From positions 60,826 through 124,825 of the forward strand of contig NZ_JBEUWZ010000004.1 in the NCBI RefSeq assembly GCF_040505565.1: 64,000 bases of DNA. Direction: 5' to 3'. Numbering within the stretch: the first letter of the stretch is position 1; every line of letters begins with the position of its first letter. Origin of the DNA: Oscillibacter sp. GTDB lineage: Bacteria; Bacillota; Clostridia; Oscillospirales; Oscillospiraceae. The translations under genes were made by a program, and so were the position numbers. Under the pieces are notes generated by a model. That model saw only the letters and a list, made by a program, of their open reading frames with translations. It did no database searches and was not told the DNA's origin. This document shows positions 18,510-30,193 of the stretch, in pieces.

Positions 18510-19223
18510 TTATTCACCCTGCGGTGCACCGGACCGTTCGGCAAAAGCCTTGAGCGCCTTGGCGTCGCGCTCTCTCTGTTCCTCAATGGCCTCAGCCAGA
18601 AGCATATCCTTCACCTTCATGAGCCGGATGGTGGTGGCGCGGTCGTTTTCGTCCAGCTTCATGTTGATATATCGGATGGCCTCCTGGGTATCGGGAATCA
18701 TCACGTATTCCAGCGCGTTGACGCGCCGGCGGGTCTTCTCGATCTCCTCCGCCATCAGCTGGGCAGCCTTTTCAATCTGCGCCAGCTTCAGCATCTTGCG
18801 GAACACCTTTCCCAGAGCATCCACCGCCGTATCCAGTTCACCGGAAGTCCCGGCGAAGCCGTAAGGATAGATGTCGCTGTCCGACTGGGTCTTGGTCTTG
18901 AAATCATAGACCGGGACGTTAACGGACATGATGTTCTGAAACCCCATGGTCAACTCCACGCTCTGCTTGGGATACAGCAGCGCCTGTTCCATGGCCTCGG
19001 AGGACATGAGGGCCGACGCCACGGTAAACGACCCGTGGACGGTCATCAGCTCCTCCTCCACCTCCGCCCGGAGGGTACGCACCTCCCGGACGGTCTCCAA
19101 AAACTGCTTCATCAGCTCATCTCGCTTGTCTTTGAGCAGCTTGTGGCCCCGCTGGGCCGTGCGGAGCTTACCCTTTAGCCGGGTCAGCTCCATGCGGGTG
19201 GGGTTCACATTGAGCTTTGGCAT
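18510..19223 (-). CDS. atpD: V-type ATP synthase subunit D
   Basis: NVNPTRMELTRLKGKL... is the conserved V/A-ATPase D N-terminus. It is the last gene of the operon. Confidence 0.9.
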   Translation of the reverse strand: MPKLNVNPTRMELTRLKGKLRTAQRGHKLLKDKRDELMKQFLETVREVRTLRAEVEEELMTVHGSFTVASALMSSEAMEQALLYPKQSVELTMGFQNIMSVNVPVYDFKTKTQSDSDIYPYGFAGTSGELDTAVDALGKVFRKMLKLAQIEKAAQLMAEEIEKTRRRVNALEYVMIPDTQEAIRYINMKLDENDRATTIRLMKVKDMLLAEAIEEQRERDAKALKAFAERSGAPQGE

Positions 19224-19235
19224 GGTCCCCCCTCC

Positions 19236-20621
19236 TTATTTTTCGTCCTTCTTGGGCCAGTATTTTTCGATCAGCTCCGGCTTGATCCGCTTCAGCTCAC
19301 TCTTGGGCAGGATGCTCAGAAGTTCCCATCCCAGATCCAGCGTCTCTTCGATGGAGCGGTTCTCCTCGTAGCCTTGGTTGACATAGCGCTTCTCGAATTC
19401 ATCCGCAAACTTTGCGTACAGCAGATCCGTGGGCGTCAGGGCAGCCTCGCCCAGAATGCTCATCAGCTCCTTGTTGTCCTTGCCGGTGGAATAGGCGGCG
19501 AAGAGCTGGTTCATGGTGCTGGAATGGTCTTCCCGTGTCTTGCCCTCGCCGATACCCTTATCCTTCAGACGGGACAAAGAGGGCAGCACATCCACGGGAG
19601 GATGAATGTTCTTGCGATACAGCTCCCGGGAAAGGATGATCTGGCCCTCGGTGATATAGCCCGTCAGGTCTGGGATGGGGTGGGTCTTGTCATCTTCGGG
19701 CATGGTCAAGATGGGGATCAGGGTGATGGAGCCTTTCTTCCCCAGCTGGCGGCCGGCCCGTTCATACATGGTGGCAAGGTCGGTGTACAGATATCCGGGG
19801 AAACCGCGGCGGCCGGGGACCTCCTTCTTGGCGGCGGAGACCTCGCGCAGAGCCTCGGCGTAGTTGGTGATGTCGGTCATGATGACCAGAACGTGCATAT
19901 CCTTTTTAAAGGCCAGATACTCCGCGGCGGTCAGCGCCATACGGGGTGTTGAAATGCGCTCCACTGCGGGGTCGTTGGCAAGGTTTGAGAACAGCACCGT
20001 CCGATCGATGGCACCGGTACGCTTGAACTCGCTGACGAAGAACTCCGATTCCTCAAAGGTGATGCCGATGGCGGCAAACACCACGGCAAAGTTGGAGGCC
20101 TCGTCCCCCAGCACCTTCGCCTGACGGGCAATCTGTGCCGCCAGGTTTGCGTGGGGCAGGCCGGAGCCGGAGAAGATGGGCAGCTTCTGGCCTCGGACCA
20201 GCGTATTCAATCCGTCGATGGTGGAAACGCCGGTCTGGATAAACTCGTTGGGATAGTCCCGGGCGGCGGGGTTCATGGGCAGGCCGTTGATATCCCGATA
20301 CTCTTCCGCCAGAATGGCGGGGCCGCCGTCGATAGGCTCGCCCATGCCGTTAAATACGCGGCCCAGCATGTCGGCGGAAACGCCCAGCTGAAGCGGGTGG
20401 CCCAAGAAGCGAACCTTGGACTGGGCCAGGTTGATACCTGCGGCGGAGTCGAACAGCTGCACCACGGCGGTGTCGCCGTTGACCTCCAGCACCTTGCCCT
20501 GACGAATAGAACCGTCGTGCAGCTCCACCTCCACCAGTTCATCATAGGTGACGCCCTCCACCTGTCGGACCATCATCAGAGGGCTGACAATCTGTTCGAC
20601 GGTACGGTATTCTTTAATCAT
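19236..20621 (-). CDS. atpB: V-type ATP synthase subunit B
   Basis: 461 aa non-catalytic subunit with typical B-subunit sequence throughout (e.g. [14 protein letters not shown]). Confidence 0.95.
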   Translation of the reverse strand: MIKEYRTVEQIVSPLMMVRQVEGVTYDELVEVELHDGSIRQGKVLEVNGDTAVVQLFDSAAGINLAQSKVRFLGHPLQLGVSADMLGRVFNGMGEPIDGGPAILAEEYRDINGLPMNPAARDYPNEFIQTGVSTIDGLNTLVRGQKLPIFSGSGLPHANLAAQIARQAKVLGDEASNFAVVFAAIGITFEESEFFVSEFKRTGAIDRTVLFSNLANDPAVERISTPRMALTAAEYLAFKKDMHVLVIMTDITNYAEALREVSAAKKEVPGRRGFPGYLYTDLATMYERAGRQLGKKGSITLIPILTMPEDDKTHPIPDLTGYITEGQIILSRELYRKNIHPPVDVLPSLSRLKDKGIGEGKTREDHSSTMNQLFAAYSTGKDNKELMSILGEAALTPTDLLYAKFADEFEKRYVNQGYEENRSIEETLDLGWELLSILPKSELKRIKPELIEKYWPKKDEK

Positions 20622-22390
20622 CAGTCCACACCTCCCTGCGCGGTCACTGCCGCGATCTCCTGCGTCATGGCTTCGTCAATGGCAGCGTATGCCGCTTCAT
20701 ATTCCTCCGCCGGCACGCTCTTTGCCCGGCCGATGGTCTCTCGGGACGGGATGGCGAACAGCTTGGCCGCATCCGCACCCTTTGCGATGGCGTCCCGGCA
20801 CAGCAGGTCGTAGCGCAGAATAATTGCCATCAGCTTTTTCTGCCGATCATAGCTGGAATATCCGTCAATATCCGTGAAAGCGTTCTGCTGCAAAAAGTCC
20901 TCGCGGATCATACGAGCCGTTTCCAGCGTCAGCTGATCAGCGGAGGACAGCGCGTCCTTGCCCACCAGCTGGACGATCTCGTTCAGGCTGGCCTCATTTT
21001 GCAGAATGCTCATGGCCTGTCCTCGGTCCTTCATGAAGTCCTCGCCTAAGTTTTCGTCGAACCAGGGCTTCAGAGAATCCAGATACAAAGAGTAGGAGTT
21101 CAGCCAGTTGATGGCCGGGAAATGGCGCTTGTAGGCCAGCGCCGAATCCAGCGCCCAGAAGACCTTGACGATCCGCATGGTGGCCTGGGACACAGGCTCA
21201 GATAAATCGCCGCCCGGAGGCGACACCGCGCCCACGGCGGTCAGGCTGCCCCGGCGCTCGTCGGAGCCGATGCACTCCACGCTGCCGGCCCGCTCGTAGA
21301 ACTGGGCCAGACGGGAGCTCAAATACGCGGGATAGCCCTCCTCGCCGGGCATCTCCTCAAGGCGTCCGGACATCTCGCGCAGAGCCTCGGCCCAGCGGGA
21401 AGTGGAGTCGGCGATAACAGCCACATCATAGCCCATGTCGCGGAAATACTCCGCGATGGTGATGCCGGTGTAGACCGACGCCTCACGGGCGGCCACGGGC
21501 ATATCAGAAGTGTTGGCGATCAACACGGTCCGTTTCATCAAAGACTCGCCGGTGCGGGGGTCCTTCAGCTCAGGGAACTCCCGCAGCACGTCGGTCATCT
21601 CGTTGCCGCGTTCGCCGCAGCCGATGTAGACCACGATATCCACGTCGGACCACTTGGCCAGTTGGTGCTGGACCACTGTTTTGCCGGAGCCGAAGGGGCC
21701 GGGCACGGCGGCGGTGCCGCCCTTGGCGATGGGAAACATGGTGTCGATGACGCGCTGGCCGGAGCACAGGGGCCGCTTGGGGGGATACTTGTGCTGATAG
21801 GGCCGGCCCACACGGACGGGCCACTTTTGGGCCATGGGCACCTCTACCGTCTTCCCGTCGTCGGTTCGGATGACCGCCACGGTCTGCAAAACGGTGAAGG
21901 AGCCGCTTTCGATCTTCTCTATCGTACCGCTGATATTGGGCGGCACCATAATCTTGTGCAACACTACCGGCGTCTCCGGAACAGTGCCCAAAATGTCACC
22001 GCCGGTGACATGATCTCCCACCTTTGCAACGGGTGTAAAGTCCCACTTCTTGTCATGATCCAGAGCGGGAATCTCAATGCCGCGGGTGATATTGGCGCCC
22101 ACCTTTTCAACGATCTTCTCCAGCGGGCGCTGAATTCCGTCGTAAATGCCCTCGATCATGCCGGGCCCCAGCTCCACGCTCATGGGCGCGCCGGTTGTAA
22201 TCACCTCTGCGCCGGGTCCCAGGCCAGAGGTCTCCTCATAAACCTGAATGGACGCGGAGTCGCCCTTCATGGTTAAAATCTCGCCAATCAGCCGCTGGGG
22301 ACCAACACGAACCACGTCGGACATATTGGCGTCCGACAGTCCCGTCGCCACAACCAGCGGCCCGGATACTTTTACAACTTTACCGCTCAA
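20621..22390 (-). CDS. atpA: V-type ATP synthase catalytic subunit A
   Basis: Walker [10 protein letters not shown] and the non-homologous insert region typical of A subunits. 589 aa. Confidence 0.95.
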   Translation of the reverse strand: MSGKVVKVSGPLVVATGLSDANMSDVVRVGPQRLIGEILTMKGDSASIQVYEETSGLGPGAEVITTGAPMSVELGPGMIEGIYDGIQRPLEKIVEKVGANITRGIEIPALDHDKKWDFTPVAKVGDHVTGGDILGTVPETPVVLHKIMVPPNISGTIEKIESGSFTVLQTVAVIRTDDGKTVEVPMAQKWPVRVGRPYQHKYPPKRPLCSGQRVIDTMFPIAKGGTAAVPGPFGSGKTVVQHQLAKWSDVDIVVYIGCGERGNEMTDVLREFPELKDPRTGESLMKRTVLIANTSDMPVAAREASVYTGITIAEYFRDMGYDVAVIADSTSRWAEALREMSGRLEEMPGEEGYPAYLSSRLAQFYERAGSVECIGSDERRGSLTAVGAVSPPGGDLSEPVSQATMRIVKVFWALDSALAYKRHFPAINWLNSYSLYLDSLKPWFDENLGEDFMKDRGQAMSILQNEASLNEIVQLVGKDALSSADQLTLETARMIREDFLQQNAFTDIDGYSSYDRQKKLMAIILRYDLLCRDAIAKGADAAKLFAIPSRETIGRAKSVPAEEYEAAYAAIDEAMTQEIAAVTAQGGVD

Positions 22391-22466
22391 ACAGACAACC
22401 TTCTTTCAGGATAAATTCGCTCTTTAGCAGGGGGCTTCACAGAAAGCCCACTCCTACGCCCGACCG

Positions 22467-22784
22467 TTACAGAATATCGGCGCCGACCGCCCTTTCGATC
22501 GAGTTCTGGATGTTGTTTCTGCCAATGCCCAGAGACCCGCCCCGTCCGGGGATCAGGATGATGGCGGGACGCAGCTCATCCTTGTACCGTTCCAGCACGT
22601 CCGGCAGCTTCGCCGCCAGTTGCTCCGTCAGGTAGATTACTGCGCAGTCGGTTTTTGCCAGCTCGTGGATCTTCCTGCGGGCCTCCTCCGGCGCGGAAAT
22701 GGGGTAGGTGTCCAGCCCCAAGGCCCGAAAGCCCATGACGGACTCCCAGTCCCCTACCACCGCGATGCGATAGGTCGTTGCCAT
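22467..22784 (-). CDS. atpF: V-type ATP synthase subunit F
   Basis: 105 aa with an IAVVGD..SVMGFRALG N-terminus. Its position between C and A fits. Confidence 0.85.
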   Translation of the reverse strand: MATTYRIAVVGDWESVMGFRALGLDTYPISAPEEARRKIHELAKTDCAVIYLTEQLAAKLPDVLERYKDELRPAIILIPGRGGSLGIGRNNIQNSIERAVGADIL

Positions 22785-22797
22785 TTTTTCACACTCC

Positions 22798-23793
22798 TTA
22801 CGTCCGAAGCCGCGCCCGGATGGTCTCCGGGTCCAACCCGGCAGCCCGGCCCATCAGCAAAATGCGGAGGTTTGTATACTCCGTCTCCCGCGCGGCCAGA
22901 TAGCCGATCAGCGGCGCTTCGCCGAACGCCACCATCTGTGCGCCGGAAAGATACCCGGAAACCGCGTCGTCGCACAGCTTTTCAAATTTTGTCAGCGCGC
23001 CGACCTTCAGCGCGTCCGCGCCGGCTTGGGCCGCGTCTTTTAGCTCCGTGGAGGCGTACAGCTCCGCAAGACCGCCGCCGTTGTTCCCGGCAACCGTCAA
23101 AATCTCGCTCTCGCCCACAGTCCCGCCGGAAACCAGCACGCCCTCCAAAAAGGCCGCGTTCTTGCCCATGCGGAGAGTCCGCACCAGAGAGCGGAGGTTC
23201 GCCGCGTCGATGGAGACGCGGACATAGCCCCGGAGAAATTCGCTGCCGGTGGTTTCCGCCGTTTCCATCTCGTCCCGATACATCCAGCGGTCCAGCACGA
23301 TGTCCCCAAGCTGGGGGTCACGGGTGGTCTCCAGCACTTCCTTCGCCTCGGCGATGGCGGTGGCCAGCAGGGGCGGCAATAGATTCATGTCTCCGCCGGT
23401 GATCATCTCTTTTAGTTCCGCCGCGGGAACGCGCCCAAGGTCCGCCAGCATGTGGTCCGGGTCCGTATTCATAGCTTGGGCCTTCAGAATGGCCTTTGCA
23501 TTGTGGTAATCGTATTTCAGCTTGAAAATATTCAAGTATTGGTTGTCCGGTGCGCTGTCGCCCAAGTCCTGTAAAGTTTCTTCCCTTGCAGTTGCAATCG
23601 CCGCATCCATAGCCCCTGGACTCTCAAGGCTCATGGTGGGATACCCGCTTTCCTGCAGGAGCTTCACCACTTCTTCGTTGCTGCGGGAAGTCAGGATCTG
23701 CTCCATTCGCTCGCCCGTCAGCAACCCCGTCTCCATGGCGCGGATGCGGGCGGATATCACCAGATAATCGGTGTCCTTGATTTTTTTAGACAA
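22798..23793 (-). CDS. atpC: V-type ATP synthase subunit C (d-like)
   Basis: 331 aa helical protein in the operon position between E and F. Confidence 0.8.
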   Translation of the reverse strand: MSKKIKDTDYLVISARIRAMETGLLTGERMEQILTSRSNEEVVKLLQESGYPTMSLESPGAMDAAIATAREETLQDLGDSAPDNQYLNIFKLKYDYHNAKAILKAQAMNTDPDHMLADLGRVPAAELKEMITGGDMNLLPPLLATAIAEAKEVLETTRDPQLGDIVLDRWMYRDEMETAETTGSEFLRGYVRVSIDAANLRSLVRTLRMGKNAAFLEGVLVSGGTVGESEILTVAGNNGGGLAELYASTELKDAAQAGADALKVGALTKFEKLCDDAVSGYLSGAQMVAFGEAPLIGYLAARETEYTNLRILLMGRAAGLDPETIRARLRT

Positions 23794-23820
23794 GGCGCTT
23801 CCTCCCAGCTCTTCGATTCG

Positions 23821-24411
23821 TTACGCTTCCGGGAACAGGACTTTGGCGACCTCGCCGGCCATCTCGCCCCTTTGCAGACGCACCAGCGTATCAAAGGTAC
23901 AGTTGACCTCCACGCTGCCGTCCACCAGAATGAAGCCGCCCTTCAGTGCCCGTGTCTGGCCGGAAAGAGTCAGCTTCCCGTTCAACTTCTTATTGGCCGT
24001 GTCCACCGCGGCCTGGCCCATCTTTTCCCGGTCCGCCTGAGAGAAAACCACTTCTCCCCTGCCTTCTGGCGCGGCCTGGGCCAACAGGTTCGCCGTCACG
24101 GCAATGTACCGTTCCTCCGGCATGGCGCAGAGGTTTTCCAATGCCAGATTAAACGCGGTCTCCACCTGAGCTTGCCGCGCGGAGAGTAGATCCTTTCGGG
24201 CCTCCATCTGCGCCACGCTCACCAACCGATCTTCCCGCTCTGCGGCGGTCTTTTCATTCTTCGCCCTGGCGTCCGCGGACTCGCGGTCCGCCTGAGCGCG
24301 GTATTTCGCCGTGATCTTCTCCGCCTCAGTTTGCGCCTCCGCCAGTACGCGGTCGATCTCTGCCTGTGTGTCGGCGGCAATGCGGTCCGTGATCTTTTCG
24401 ATTCCGTTCAT
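23821..24411 (-). CDS. atpE: V-type ATP synthase subunit E
   Basis: 196 aa with a long N-terminal charged helix (IAADTQAEIDRVLAEAQTEAEKI...) and a globular C-terminus. Confidence 0.85.
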   Translation of the reverse strand: MNGIEKITDRIAADTQAEIDRVLAEAQTEAEKITAKYRAQADRESADARAKNEKTAAEREDRLVSVAQMEARKDLLSARQAQVETAFNLALENLCAMPEERYIAVTANLLAQAAPEGRGEVVFSQADREKMGQAAVDTANKKLNGKLTLSGQTRALKGGFILVDGSVEVNCTFDTLVRLQRGEMAGEVAKVLFPEA

Positions 24412-24433
24412 GTCAAATCCCCTTTCTGCGGGG

Positions 24434-26871
<2,438 letters not shown>

Positions 26872-26872
26872 T

Positions 26873-27187
26873 TTACTGCTTCACGACCTTTCCAACGATA
26901 CGCTCCACGGCCTCGGACATGTGGGTCTTCGCCTGTCCGGCTAAGGCTTCACACTCCTGAGCGGTACCCTCCCGGATCTTTGCGCATCGCTCTTCCGCGC
27001 GGCCCTCTGCCTCTCGCAGCAGCCGCTTGCTCTCCTCTGCGGCCTGACTTCGCATCTGCTCCAAAAGTGCAAGCCCATTTTTCTCCGCCTGAGCAATCCG
27101 CTCCTTTGCCTCCTGCTCCGCAGTGGCTTTTCGCGCCTTGTTCTCATTTTCCGCCTTGTTAACGGTCTCAATGGCTTCCAGTGACAT
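26873..27187 (-). CDS. Small coiled-coil V-ATPase stator subunit (G/H-like), first gene of the operon
   Basis: 104 aa, almost all charged helix (AENENKARKATAEQEAKERIAQAEK...). It abuts atpI with a 1-nt gap. Confidence 0.65.
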   Translation of the reverse strand: MSLEAIETVNKAENENKARKATAEQEAKERIAQAEKNGLALLEQMRSQAAEESKRLLREAEGRAEERCAKIREGTAQECEALAGQAKTHMSEAVERIVGKVVKQ

Positions 27188-27432
27188 TCTTTGATCACCT
27201 TCTCTCCCAATGACTTAATATTTTCCATTATCATGCAATACCCGATTAGATTATATGGTATTTGCATCTGTAAAGCAAGGCCATTTTTTTATTCCGCATT
27301 CCTTTCCGGACATTTGTTCATACTTTTATAACAAAAATGGACAAACCGTCTTTGAAAATTTATTATATATGCCTATGTTTTTTCACAGACAAGCAGACAT
27401 ATCCTGTTCCAGAGGGAAGTGCCTCTAAAAGC

Positions 27433-27472
27433 GAAAAAAGCAGAACGCTTTCCATAAGGAAGCGCTCTGCTT
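27433..27472 (-). terminator. Intrinsic terminator after the DivIVA-domain gene
   Basis: The imperfect hairpin aagcagaacgctttcc/ggaagcgctctgctt is followed by a T-run on the minus strand (aaaaaa on plus at 27434-27439). Confidence 0.65.
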
Positions 27473-27479
27473 GTATCAG

Positions 27480-28040
27480 TCAATGTTTTTTCTGGCCGCT
27501 GACCGCGCAAACCATCTCGTTGAGCTCCTTGCCGGTCTGGTCCATGGCGCGGGGCAGCTGAGAGAGGCCAACCTCGATCTTCCGCAATTCCGCGGTGACC
27601 TGAGCCGCAGTGGTGCCGAAAGCCCCGGCCATATCCTGATACTGTCTTTGGATGTCGGATACCAGTGCGTTCAGCCGCGCTGTGGTAGCAGACTCCAGCT
27701 CACTGGCCCGCCTCCGGGCCTGGCACTCGATGTCCCCCACTTGCGCCCGGACCTCCTGATAGGACTGCGCCTGAGGGCGCAGTTCCTCCAGCTCGGCAGA
27801 AAGGCTTTCGATCTTCTCTCGCAGCTCCTCCGCCTCTCTCCGTGCCGAATCTTCCTGCTTCCGCAGCGAAAGATCCAGCCTCTTTTGCAGGGCCTCATTT
27901 TCGGCACGGAGATCGTTGTTCTCCCGGCGAAGCGCCTCCTGAACATCCGTGTTCTCCTGCGCCGTCTTCTGAATGTACTGAATGACTTCCTCTTTGTCGA
28001 AGCCACCGAATGCAACGCTTTTGAAATTTTTTGTCTCCAT
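27480..28040 (-). CDS. DivIVA-domain coiled-coil protein
   Basis: The N-terminal FKSVAFGGFDKEEVIQYIQ matches the DivIVA/GpsB lipid-binding domain pattern (F..a.rGYd.eEVd.fl). The rest is coiled coil. The RBS aaggag lies 9 nt upstream. Confidence 0.7.
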   Translation of the reverse strand: METKNFKSVAFGGFDKEEVIQYIQKTAQENTDVQEALRRENNDLRAENEALQKRLDLSLRKQEDSARREAEELREKIESLSAELEELRPQAQSYQEVRAQVGDIECQARRRASELESATTARLNALVSDIQRQYQDMAGAFGTTAAQVTAELRKIEVGLSQLPRAMDQTGKELNEMVCAVSGQKKH

Positions 28041-28235
28041 TGTTGCCGCTCCTTCTCCGGGTCCCGCCCGCGCCTCCGCCGACGGCTTTCAGGTATGACG
28101 CCGCGCGCAGGCAAGTCTCTAAAAAAGCTTCATCCGCCGTGGCTCTTGCCATTGCGGTATATGCAAATATTATAGCATGCCATTTTTTTCTTTACAAGCC
28201 CTCATATAAAAAGTGAAAAGATTGTAAAAAAATGC

Positions 28236-28264
28236 TTGCATTTTGAAATCAACTATGCTAGTAT
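28236..28264 (+). promoter_or_regulatory. Sigma-A-like promoter for tRNA-Arg
   Basis: TTGCAT (28236-28241), a 17-nt spacer, then TAGTAT (28259-28264). It sits about 28 nt upstream of the tRNA 5' end. Confidence 0.5.
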
Positions 28265-28291
28265 AAATAAGCTGTTTGAAAACAGTGGTAC

Positions 28292-28368
28292 GCGCCGTTA
28301 GCTCAGCTGGATAGAGCGTCTGGCTACGGACCAGAAGGCCGGGGGTTCGAATCCCTCACGGCGTACCA
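28292..28368 (+). tRNA. tRNA-Arg (anticodon ACG), CCA encoded
   Basis: I folded the cloverleaf by hand. Acceptor GCGCCGT/ACGGCGT, D stem GCTC/GAGC, anticodon stem TCTGG/CCAGA with loop CTACGGA, T arm GGGGG-TTCGAAT-CCCTC, discriminator A and a terminal CCA. Confidence 0.9.
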
Positions 28369-28372
28369 AAAA

Positions 28373-28406
28373 AGAAGTCTTGAGAAATCAAGGCTTCTTT
28401 TGTTTT
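28373..28406 (+). terminator. Intrinsic terminator after tRNA-Arg
   Basis: gaagtcttga-gaaa-tcaaggcttc followed by ttttgttttt. Confidence 0.75.
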
Positions 28407-28511
28407 TGCTTAGGACTGCAATGGATTAGAGATTCGTACTTGAATGAAGTTTATTCATATCAGAATAGCGTATGTCCAAAAATAATTGAAAAATTGCACA
28501 CGAATTTGGAC

Positions 28512-28558
28512 ACAAAAATCACCCCTGTGAGAACCTAGCTGGTTCCCACAGGGGTGAT
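28512..28558 (-). terminator. Very strong 18-bp hairpin with a T-run on the minus strand (orphan terminator)
   Basis: Arms atcacccctgtgagaacc / ggttcccacaggggtgat (one mismatch) with loop tagct. aaaaa lies immediately 5' on plus, which gives a U-tract on minus. No intact gene feeds into it. Confidence 0.55.
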
Positions 28559-28778
28559 TATCCTAGCAACACCGCTCACCATTCGATCAGAACGAGGGTG
28601 GTGTTTTATATAATTGATCAAATCAGTCAAGTTATTCTATACTGCCGTCTCCATCCCGACAGGCTGCAGCTTCCGGTCGAACCCGCAGCCCCGGTAAATA
28701 AATACTAGCGTCCGCACCTGCTCATGTGTCAGGTGCATATCTCCTTCTTGTGGAATAGTATAGGAGAGGGGTCGAGTC

Positions 28779-29174
28779 ATGTACACAAAAATTACTAACC
28801 CAAGCATCGTTATTTTCGACGGCAAAACCGGCGAGCTTATTGGAACTGCAACATTCAAATTAACGGATGAATCGGAAAAAAAGCTCTTAAATCTACTAAA
28901 TTACAATATACAGCCACCCTCTCTTACGCTGTTGGATGTAGATCTATACAAACCTTCCCCGAATTATACCCCGCCGATACCGTACAGTCCGTATGCACGC
29001 AATGGAACCATTTATGCGTTATTTACTGATGAATATACAGGTAACCCTGTTCCAGTAGAAATTCAGCTAAACTATAATGCGCGGGCAAGAGGAAACACAA
29101 CAGGCAACCTATTTCATTTTGAAAGCGTAGAGTTTGGTGACATAGATATACAATCCGTGAAAATCATTTATTAA
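28779..29174 (+). CDS. Hypothetical protein (131 aa, Pro/Tyr-rich centre, no recognisable domain)
   Basis: The RBS ggagagggg lies 7-8 nt upstream of the ATG, and a hairpin follows the stop. The coding GC is low. I recognise no family. Confidence 0.6.
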   Translation: MYTKITNPSIVIFDGKTGELIGTATFKLTDESEKKLLNLLNYNIQPPSLTLLDVDLYKPSPNYTPPIPYSPYARNGTIYALFTDEYTGNPVPVEIQLNYNARARGNTTGNLFHFESVEFGDIDIQSVKIIY

Positions 29175-29178
29175 GTTA

Positions 29179-29218
29179 AAGTCCCGCCTTCAAGGTATTA
29201 TCATCAGAGGCGGGACTT
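29179..29218. terminator. Hairpin between convergent small genes
   Basis: aagtcccgcc ... ggcgggactt (10 bp, 20-nt loop), followed by cttctgtttattt on plus. Confidence 0.45.
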
Positions 29219-29372
29219 CTTCTGTTTATTTAGAAAGATATGTATGAGGACTATCAAAACGCGGATGCGACCGGGAAGAAGCACCTGCTGAAATATGTGG
29301 AAACCCGTTCTGATTCTTCGGAGGCGGATTCGAGATCTGCAACAGCTAGTCGGAGTTGGACAAGCGGAAATC

Positions 29373-29534
29373 CTAAGTTTCCTTATTGGCTGCGATAATT
29401 GCAAGGTTATCTCCAATCGCGCTGAAAAAGTTCGCAAGGACATTGGTTTGATCGGCTGTTAAGTCAGTTGAAATTGCTATAGCAATTGAAGAAGCCAATA
29501 AAACGAGGCTGCTGCCGGGCGGACATGGCGACAT
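29373..29534 (-). CDS. Hypothetical small hydrophobic/amphipathic protein (53 aa)
   Basis: The strong RBS ggaggaggtgg lies 4-5 nt upstream of an internal ATG (MSPCPPGSSLVLLASSIAIAISTDLTADQTNVLANFFSAIGDNLAIIAANKET). The track start 8 codons upstream lacks an RBS. Confidence 0.5.
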   Translation of the reverse strand: MSPCPPGSSLVLLASSIAIAISTDLTADQTNVLANFFSAIGDNLAIIAANKET

Positions 29535-29610
29535 GGAACCACCTCCTCCAGTCATCATATGTGGAGGGCTTCCAAAAGGTCAATTGGTCAAGCTGCCGCC
29601 TGCCGAGCGG

Positions 29611-29647
29611 ATAAAAAGGAATCCGCCACTTAATAGTGGCGGATTCC
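29611..29647 (-). terminator. Intrinsic terminator after the DUF1540 gene
   Basis: Perfect 13-bp stem ggaatccgccact/agtggcggattcc with a 4-nt loop, then TTTTTAT on the minus strand. Confidence 0.75.
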
Positions 29648-29652
29648 CTTGA

Positions 29653-29958
29653 TTATTCCTTGAAGGTCTGGCATCCGGCACCATTGCCGCATCCGCAGTT
29701 TTCAATGGTAACTTCGCCAGCTTTGCATTTGCAGTTCTCATTGTGCTTGCAGTTAGTAGCTTTGCAGCTGATGTTGGTTGCGGGGCTTGCGGAAGCCTCA
29801 TTTACGCTGTTAGTTGCACCGTTTGATGGGCGAAAAGAACGGCAGGAAGTTTGGCTGCTGGATTTCGCGCTTTCTCCCGAAACATCGATGGAAGACAGGC
29901 CGCAAAGGCCGGAACAGTTATAACCGCATGAATGCACGCTACATCCGAGATTACTCAT
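29653..29958 (-). CDS. Tandem DUF1540 cysteine-rich protein (101 aa)
   Basis: There are two copies of the C-x4-C...C...TsC..F pattern (GCSVHSCGYNCSGLCGL...TSCRSF and ISCKATNCKHNENCKCKAG...AGCQTF). The RBS aaaggaaagg precedes the internal ATG at 29958. Confidence 0.8.
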   Translation of the reverse strand: MSNLGCSVHSCGYNCSGLCGLSSIDVSGESAKSSSQTSCRSFRPSNGATNSVNEASASPATNISCKATNCKHNENCKCKAGEVTIENCGCGNGAGCQTFKE

Positions 29959-30193
29959 ATCTGGCAACACCTTTCCTTTGAATATGTACTTAGTCTTACT
30001 GAATAATTTGAAATTATGCAAAGCACCGAGCGAAAGCCATTGAGACCGAGACCGGTAGATCCGCTCCGGTACGCGGAAGGTCTCTCCATCCGAAATTCTC
30101 GCTGAATGCAGATAGAAAAATGTCTTGAAACAGACATGATATTGAAACTTTTGCAGATAATATGCTCAAAACGTATGAAAGGAGCAAATAACC

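Noticed and set aside
28637-28858. 73-aa minus-strand track ORF
   Set aside because: Its 5' half is antisense to the start of the better-supported 131-aa gene. Only the last 33 codons (behind AAGGAG) might be a remnant, and those are discussed in a finding rather than called as a gene.
29204-29443. 79-aa minus-strand track ORF
   Set aside because: It overlaps the RBS-supported 53-aa ORF in another frame, runs through the hairpin at 29179-29218, is Arg-rich low complexity, and has no RBS.
30017-30050. GCAAAG...GCGAAAGCC resemblance to the c-di-GMP-I (GEMM-I) riboswitch core
   Set aside because: The required P1a hairpin with a GNRA loop between the two motifs is missing, and the downstream helix does not match the consensus. 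I kept only the generic observation of a structured element.
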